This document shows, in pieces, positions 53,850 through 62,000 of a stretch of DNA of 62,000 nt. Origin of the DNA: Octopus vulgaris (Eukaryota); assembly GCA_951406725.2 (NCBI GenBank), contig OX597814.1, positions 169,280,001 to 169,342,000 on the forward strand, written 5' to 3'. The notes beneath the pieces were generated by a model, which was not told the origin of the DNA, did not search any database, and was given only the letters and a program-made list of their open reading frames with translations. Each line of letters starts with the position of its first letter. Within the stretch, counting starts at the first letter, position 1. Both the position numbers and the translations under genes were made by a program.

Positions 53850-55755
53850 ATGGTTAGATTGCTGCTTTGTACAGCAGCATCTGCTTGGTTGTTCGGGTGA
53901 ATGGTCACCTGTCAGAGCCATTCAGCATCTTGCAGTTGGTCTGTCAAGGGTGCCTTCTCTCTACCCTTCTGTATGTACTGGCTCTTGAACCATTACTGTG
54001 GAAGTTGGAGGCTTTGAGGGGTGTCCCATGTGATCTAGGATGTGGGAGAAGTGTGTCTGCTGACGCTGATGATGTCACCATCATAGTGTTGAGCCACAGG
54101 TATATAGACCTGATTGGTGAAACACATAAGGATATGGAACAGTGACAGGAAGAAAAATTAACAAGGAAAAGTCAGTGGGCTTGCATTTAAGCACCTGAAG
54201 AGGCAAGCCCATGCCATCTGACAGTGTTGTGGGGCACTGGACAGACAGTTCCGTTAAGTTGCTCGGAGTCTGGTTTAATCCAGACCTCCAGTTGGAGAAA
54301 AACTGGGATGAGGTGATGAGCAGAGTAGCCAACCTCACCCAGAAATGGGTCGAGTGGAAGCTGTCCCTGAAAGGTCAAGTGGAGGTGGTGAATGCATACA
54401 TCACATCCATCATCTATTACCACTTGACTGTCGTTCCTTGCCCTGTTTGCTGCTTGACCAAGCTGGTGCGCTTACTCTTCCGCTTTCTGTGGAAGGGGTG
54501 CATTCCACTGGTCAGGTGCTCCATATGCTGTCAACAGCCACTGCATGGTGGGCTGGGCAAGCTTGGTTACTGATGTGCAGACATGCACTATCTCTAGCGT
54601 TTCCTTGATGGTGAACAGGTGTGGTCACTGGGCACTTGGCACCTCAAGTGCTGTCAAGTGCTCACAGCTCTCTGCCAGGCAGGCAATGCGGTCAGTGGTA
54701 GTTCTACTCTAGCGTTCTATAGAAGGCTAGTGGAGGGAAAGTGCAATGACATTCTCATGGATACTCTGGGTGTTGATGAAGATAAACTAACCAGCCTGTT
54801 TCAGAGAATTTTGGGCCTGGACCTATGGATAACTTCCAGAAATCCCTTGCCTGGCAGTGCAACTGAGGGGCACTGCCTATTCGAGATAAACTTTACAGGC
54901 ATGGAAATGGCATCAGCCAGGCCTGCCCAAGGTGCGCCCAGAATGATGAAACCATTCTGCACGCCCTAGTCCAGTGCCCAAGTATTGCTGATCTGTGGGT
55001 TTATCTCGAATACCTGCTCTTGCATGTAGGACAGATCTGGCTATCAGCTGAATCCATTGTGAAGATTGCCCCACCACCCTCTTTTGACTGGGGTGGGGGC
55101 AGGCAATTTTTATTTGTGTAGTGGTTGTAGCGAAAGAGGTTGTATGGTGGACCCGTTTAAAAGGGCTAAAGACAGACACTTTCCTCTTTGGCCAAGCCCT
55201 CATCAACTTTTTCAAGTTGAGGGTGGAGAGGGAAGTATCGCCTTCTAGCAAGTTTGTTGAAAGGTGGATGAATGTTGGAAGAATGGTCAGTGTGAAAGGA
55301 CCAATTCTGAGCGTGCACCTGTATAAAAAGGGAATTAAAGAAGGGCTCTTTGTTGATCAGGCACCCATGACGTTTCTGGGTTTTTCCATGAGGACCTTAA
55401 AGTACCTCCCCTGTTGGGAGTTTCAATTTATTCTATTTTAATTGTTATTTATATTGTTTAATCATCATCATCATCGTTTAACGTCTGCTTTCCATGCTAG
55501 CATGGGTTGGACGATTTGACTGAGGTCTGGCAAACCAGATGGCTGCACCAGGCTCCAATCTGATCTGGCAGAGTCTCTACAGCTTGATGCCCTTCCTAAC
55601 GCCAACCACTCTGTGAGTATATGTGGAAAACCCATTGTATTGTCCTGTTTTTGTCTTTTATGCTGTTGCATGTCCTTTAATGTTATTGTATGTGAGCCCT
55701 TGTGGCTAAAAAAAGAATGAATTATTACTATTATAATAATTATTATTATTATTAT
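53850..55755 (+). mobile_element. 5'-truncated Tx1/L1-clade LINE (RT domain to 3' end), interrupted by an RTE tail at 55461-55618
   Basis: VRVNGHLSEPF..VCQGCLLSTLLYVLALEPLL..VSADADDVT (YADD decayed), VKLLGVWF, KLSLKGQVEVVN, LFRFLWKG..GGLG, VVAKEVVWWTR; ends agcccttgtggctaaaaaaagaa plus (ATT)n. Confidence 0.9.
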
Positions 55756-57505
55756 TAAAAAGACAATGGATTGGCATTATTGCCTTTCTTCTTTTGGGGT
55801 GGTCAATAAAATAAGGTATCACTTTAGTACAAGGGATGATATAATCAACTCACACCCTGCCCCTAAAACTGCTGGCCTTATGCCTAAATCAGAAACTCAA
55901 AGGTGGCAGGCAAATTGGCAGAATTGTTATAGCATTGAAAAAATGCCTTGCAGTATTTCTTCCACTTATTTTACATTCTGAGTTCAAATCCTGCTGGGGT
56001 CATGTTTGCCTTTCATCCTTCCTGGGTTGATAAATAAATGTATTTCTCAAGTACTGGGATTGTTAGCCTTGAAATAACTGCCTCTCTTCACAATGACTGG
56101 CCTTAATCATAAATTACAAACATTTGTTATTGTTACAAAGTCTGTGAATGACTGAATTGGTAGTGTGTCGGTCAAAATACCATGCCATTTTTATTTAGGT
56201 GCTTACCACATTTTCCAGATGCGTGGCTTAGTAGTTAGGGTGTCAGCATCATGATCGTAAGATTGTGGTTTCGATTCCTGGACCAGGTGATGCGTTGTGT
56301 TCTTGAGCTAAACACTTCATTTCACATTGCTCCTGTCCACTCAGCTGGCAAAAATTAGTAACGCTGCGATGGATTGGCATCCCATCCAGCTGGGGAACAC
56401 ATATGCCATCGAAACTGGGAAACCAGGGCCATGAGCCTGGCTAGGCTTTAAAAGGGTGCATTTATTTATTTATTTATATCACATTTTCCAGCATACAAGC
56501 CAAATGTTTCAGATCAAAATTTACAGTCAAAATGGTTGTTCAACTTATATATACCAAACTGAGTATGAAGGGCTAAAGATTTCATGTGAAATGCAGTAGG
56601 ATTTATAAAGATAGTGATGATGTTTAAATGTTTATACTACATGGTTATATTATACACTACATTAACTTATATGTTGGAAAATACAGTATACACTCATGAG
56701 TTCATATTGTGCTATAGTCAGTTTTGCCTTTTATCTGTCCAGTGGAGTGGGTGATAATATAAAGTACGAGTCAAGTTCTAGAGTCAATAAAATCAACTGT
56801 TCTTTCTCTGGAATATGAGACCTCGTGTCTCTGTTAGTAATCATTATATCATCATCATCATCATCATCATTATTATTGTTATTATTATTATTGTTGTTCA
56901 TATATAATAAAGAATTAATAATAATTATTATTGTCTTTTTTTATTTATTAATAATTATATATTAATACAAAAACAAATACACTTGAGAAAGAATTACAAA
57001 CAACTAATGTGTTCCTGGCAAAATGCCACAGAAATGTACAAACAATGACTGGATTCTCAGATGGAAATAAAATCAATATGTATTACACCTTCCTCTGAAT
57101 ACTATAAGAATAATAATATCGGCTTGTTAGTTCAACACTCGGTGTTTGTGGAAAATTCCCAGCTGATGTTTACATAAATGAGAATGAATGAAGAAGCATA
57201 TGAAATTCTTGTGCAAATGGAAATTGTGATATTGTTTTATTCATTGAGTAAAACCGTTTTGGCTTCCTTCTACTCTGTTAATGAACGCGGAACAGCATGA
57301 ATGTCACAACTTCACATTTCCTTATTTTCTCTCTTGTGATAATAAAGAGGCAGTTATTTCCCCACCTTTATTTTTAGCGTGTGAGCAATCACGGCCTTAG
57401 TGCTGTTGTTGTTGTTGGTGGTGTTAAGCAACAAGACGGGTAAGGGTGATTAGGTGATGGTGTAGGGCTTAGGGGTGGGAGACCCCAGACCTTGGAAAAA
57501 TAAAA

Positions 57506-57626
57506 CTATGGTCGTCTTGTTGCAGTCGAGGGCTCTTCGTTGACGCCCGACACCACTGGGAGGTGGCCCTCGAAGTCGCTGGAAATGGAGATCTCCTGGT
57601 CCGAATTCTTGAACGGCGCCTTAGTG
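57506..57626 (-). other. Coding-like GC-rich segment (possible terminal exon or retroposed fragment)
   Basis: 40 codons TKAPFKNSDQEISISSDFEGHLPVVSGVNEEPSTATRRP*; over the first 33 codons GC3 is 28/33, GC1 18/33 and GC2 13/33; AATAAA about 135 nt downstream. No homology recognised. Confidence 0.3.
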
Positions 57627-58951
57627 CTTATTTAATAAAAGAAAAAAGGCCCTAAACAAAAGCAGTATGACATGGTTTGTTTTCATATCTGGTTTGCAAA
57701 ATTCATTATGTGAATTTGTGTGTTGAAACAAATTTTGTTGTGTCTAGGGACGGTCATTATGCCAATGTTATCAACACATGCACTGGTTGAATTTCATTCC
57801 TTTATTATTAGTCACTTGGTTAAATATCCAACTAATTGGTTGTTTTGTTTAATTTGGTTAAACAGTGAGTCATTTGTTTTGCCTTTGTTTGTCAAAGCTC
57901 TTTTGTTGCTACTTGTAACCTTTCCTAAAACAAAACAAATGATTTTCTGTTTAACCAAGTTCAATGAACAATTGATTAGTTAGTTGGATATTTAACCAAT
58001 TGACTAATAATAATAGAGTGGAATTGAACCAAAGTGTGTGTTAATAATACTGGCAACCTTGGGCAAGTTTCTTCTCTCTTTAGACTCAGCAAAATGTGGC
58101 ATAGTTGTTATTGATTAACTTCTGCTCAGCTGGTACCTGAGGAGACCTACGGTCCAATCCATTCCAGCTATGACTGTCCAGTCATGTTTATCTAGAATTA
58201 CATTTTCCAGTATAGGTGCAGGTGTAGCTGTGTGGTTAAGAAGCTCACTTTGCAACCAGGTGGTTTCAAGTTCAGTCCCACTGCACAGCACCTCAGGCAA
58301 GTTTCTTCCTTTTATGGCCCTCAGCTAACCCAATGCTTTCTGAGTGAATTTGATTCACAAAAACTGTGGAAGCTCATTCGTATACACAGACACACACACA
58401 CACACACACATATATACAATCTTTTATTCTTTTATTTGTTTCAGTCATTTGACTGCAGCCATGCTGGAGCACAACCTTTAGTCGAACAAATTAACCCTGG
58501 ACTTATTCCTCGTAAGCCTAGTACTTATTCTATCGATCACTTTTGCTGAACCGCTAAGTTACCGGGGATGTAAAGACACCAACATTGCTTGTCAAGCGAT
58601 GGTGGGGGACAAAATTTGACTGAGGACTGGCAGGACAGTAAGCTGCACTAGGCTCCAATCTGATCTGGCAATGTTTCTACAGCTGGATGCCCTTCCTAAT
58701 GCCAAGACAACCACTCCGAAAGAGTGGTGGGTACCTTTTACATGCCACTAGCATGGGAGCCAGTGAGACAGCACTGGCATCAACCATGTTCGGATGGCGC
58801 TTTTTATGTACCACTGACACAAGAGCCAGTCAAGGAGGCACTAGCATCGACCACTTTTGGATGGTGCTTATTACGTGCCACCAGCACAGGTGCCAGTCAG
58901 GTGGCACTGGTATTGGCCACAACTTTATATGTATATGTATGCGTGTGTGTG

Positions 58952-59003
<52 letters not shown>

Positions 59004-60115
59004 ATTAATTAATAAGGGTGAGAGAATTAGATACTAATTTAATAGTATATCTATTCAACACCAAGTGGCCTAGTGCTCCGAGAAACCTGGATTATTATAA
59101 TATATTATAATATTTTTACAAAATAAATATAAGAGAGTGGTCACTATATGGCTCACTCTAGCACCAGTTAATCCAAAAGGTTTCAACCACAAAAATACAT
59201 GTTTATATATATATATGTGAGTGTGTGTGTGCTTGTGTTTGTCTCCCACCACTGCTTGACAGTTGGGGGTTGTTTATTTCCCCTCTGTAACTTGGTGGCT
59301 CAGCAAAAGTGATAACTAGAGTAAGTACAAGGCTCAAAAGAAAAATAAGTACTGGGGTTGATTTGTTCAACTAAATCCCCTCAAGGTGGTGTCCCACCAT
59401 GACCACAGTTGAAAAAATGAAATGAAACTAAAAAAAGACAAAAAGATGAAAAAAAAAATGTCTTTTCTTTTTCAAGATGGTAGGATGCTCTATGAGAGGG
59501 ATTTGGCTTGCTATATCTGGCAATTCAGATGACTGCTAAGAGGTTTCCCTGTTGACTCAGAAGCAATGAATAGGTATAATCTGTAGACAGGTTACCAAAC
59601 AGATTTGCATTGTCCTCTCTTCCTACATTTAGAGTTCACATCCTACGAAGAATGGCTTGTATTTTATTTATTGATCAGGATTGATAAAGTAAGTAACTGT
59701 ACTATAATGGAATTAATATACTTGACTATATATCCCCTATTCTATCCTATTGATTTATTGATTAATGACATTTGTTTATTCACCAGGGCAGCATCTTAAA
59801 CCTCAGAAGCAATTGTATTGGACTCCATATGTGTATGTATAGAATGGTTGTATGTATGTAGAAGATTTGTATGAGTGTATATATGTGTGTATGTATACCA
59901 TATGCAGATACCACAAAAGTGAATAGACACAGTCATTTTTGAAAGGTTTATTTCTAGAAACAAAATGATATCATTTGATGGATTTAAATAGTTGATCGAG
60001 TATTTAGTAGATGTGCCTTGTGCATGTTATATTGACAAGTTTGAGGCACCAAACAGTGTCCATGTAGATAAAATGGTATACTTAGGGAAGTCTATTTAGT
60101 TTTGAAATGTGTGTG

Positions 60116-60181
60116 TAAAACATTTATATTCATACTTACACACAAACAGTGAGAGCATAATAAACACGAAATCAGTGTCCA

Positions 60182-60216
<35 letters not shown>

Positions 60217-60228
60217 TGCGGAAGAGAG

Positions 60229-60276
<48 letters not shown>

Positions 60277-60366
60277 TGTGTGTGTCTGTGTGTGTGTGTG
60301 TGTAAAACATTCATATTTGTACTTACACACAAACAGTGAGAGCATAATAAACAAGAAATCAGTGTC

Positions 60367-60397
<31 letters not shown>

Positions 60398-60634
60398 AGT
60401 GCGAAAGAGAGAGAGAGTGTGTGTGTGTGTGTGTGTGTGTGAGTGTGAAAGAGAGAGAGTGTGTGGGTGTGTGTGCGAGAGAGAGTGTGCGAGAGAGAGA
60501 GAGTGTGCGAGAGAGAGAGAGTGTGTGTGTCTGTGTCTGTGTGAGTGTGTGTGTGTGTGTGTGTGTGTAAAACATTCATATTCGTACTTACACACAAACA
60601 GTGAGATCATAAAAAACAAGAAATCAGTGGCCTC
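60116..60634. repeat. Composite satellite: three ~66-bp conserved units separated by variable (GT)/(GA) microsatellite
   Basis: taaaacattcatatt..tacttacacacaaacagtgagagcataataaacaagaaatcagtgtcc at 60116, 60303 and 60568. Confidence 0.9.
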
Positions 60635-61255
60635 TGTGTGTGTGTGTGTGTATGTGAATGAGTATATTGATCACTGTATCAATCAACCTACCTGCATCAT
60701 CTTCTTACACTCATACGCTCACATATGTTCATTTATTCCTCTCTGTCTCTGTGCACTAGGTATTTGATGCCAGAAGCTACTTCTGTCACTAATCCTTGCC
60801 TGTTATCAAGAAAGAGGCTTTTTATTCTAAAGAAAAGAGTTTTGAAAGTGCACAACAGCCAGAAAGTGCAGAATAGGTAATGGGTGGGTGTATATTCATA
60901 TTTCAGGATTTCATTAAATGATAATGAGGATAAAAGTACTGCTGCTGGAACCACATAAAAGTTGCCCATTACACTCTGTGGAGTGATTGGTGTTAGGAAG
61001 GGCATCCAGCTGTGGAAACCATATCAGAACAGACAACGGAATTTGATGCAGCCTATGGCCTTACCAGCTGTGGTCAAACTGTCCAACTCATGCCAGTATG
61101 GAAAACGGATGTTAGATGATGATGATAATCATTATTATTTAATGTCCATCTTCCATGCTGGCATGGGTTGGACAGTTTGACCACAGCTGGTAAGGCCATG
61201 GGCTGCACTAAGATCCATTGCATGTATGTTTGTCAGTGAGTGCATGTGAGTATGT

Positions 61256-61287
<32 letters not shown>

Positions 61288-62000
61288 GAAGGTATACATA
61301 TGGATGTGGAGACACACCCATATATTGGTTTGTTTTTGCGCTCATTTTCCGTGGTAGCATCAATACTGAGTTATTATTTTATAATCAAATGCCCTTCCTG
61401 TTGTGCTCTCTGACATGCTTTTCAAGCAAGGGATCTCTTCAAAAGCACAAAGCTACTGAATAATTTATTGACAGACGAACAACAATAAACTTCAATGCTT
61501 ACAGCTTACATATTATTTTGCATGGGAAGTACACACAATGTAAATATTCACATAGACACATACACACATATTCATATACATACTTACTAGTCAACAGAAT
61601 TTTAAAAAAAAGTTTGTTATTTCTATATTGAATCAACTTCGGAATTAATCTCAAAAATTTTTTTCCTCTTCAGTAGAAAATACAATAAGAAATAAATGAA
61701 ATACTTACATGCACCCATGGAAAAAAAGCCGAAGCAAAAGTCATGAGTACACATAAGTACCCCAGTTAAATCTAAATATAAAACCCTTTGGCTAGCCTTA
61801 GCACACGTGTGAACTGTTCTCCACTACAGCTTATAGTGGTTACCAGTCCCTATAGGGAAAAGTAATAAATCTACTACTAATATAGGATGAAGCTTTTTTA
61901 CAGAAAAAAATTTCATCAAAAAGTGGCAGCATATCAAAATACCTTTAAAAGTTAAAATTATAAACAACTTATAAACAAGGGCAAAAGAAAATTATTTCCA

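Noticed and set aside
60116-60634. Repeat-spacer-repeat layout as a CRISPR array
   Set aside because: Units are ~66 bp and the spacers are long microsatellites of unequal length.

Overview
Repeat-dense, AT-rich animal nuclear DNA; the SINE families, (TA)n/(CAT)n microsatellites and LINE set suggest an octopus or other coleoid cephalopod (inference). I can support no intact protein-coding gene, rRNA, true tRNA or CRISPR array; nearly all listed ORFs are microsatellite translations. The window holds decayed LINEs (two Tx1/L1-like, one CR1, several RTE), Tc1/mariner transposase relics (one with DD41D spacing), MITEs, a non-autonomous Helitron, two solo-LTR-like copies and three tRNA-derived SINE families. 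The strongest unexplained signal is a set of minimal type I hammerhead-ribozyme folds in at least five unrelated short elements, most sitting in TA runs; four of these folds lie in the arms of two adjacent large foldback palindromes at 24.7-27.3 kb. Also notable: local templated or inverted insertions inside a Tc2-like MITE and an LTR, and a 3' tail shared between the Tx1-like LINE and one SINE family. All structures were found by eye and need computational confirmation.
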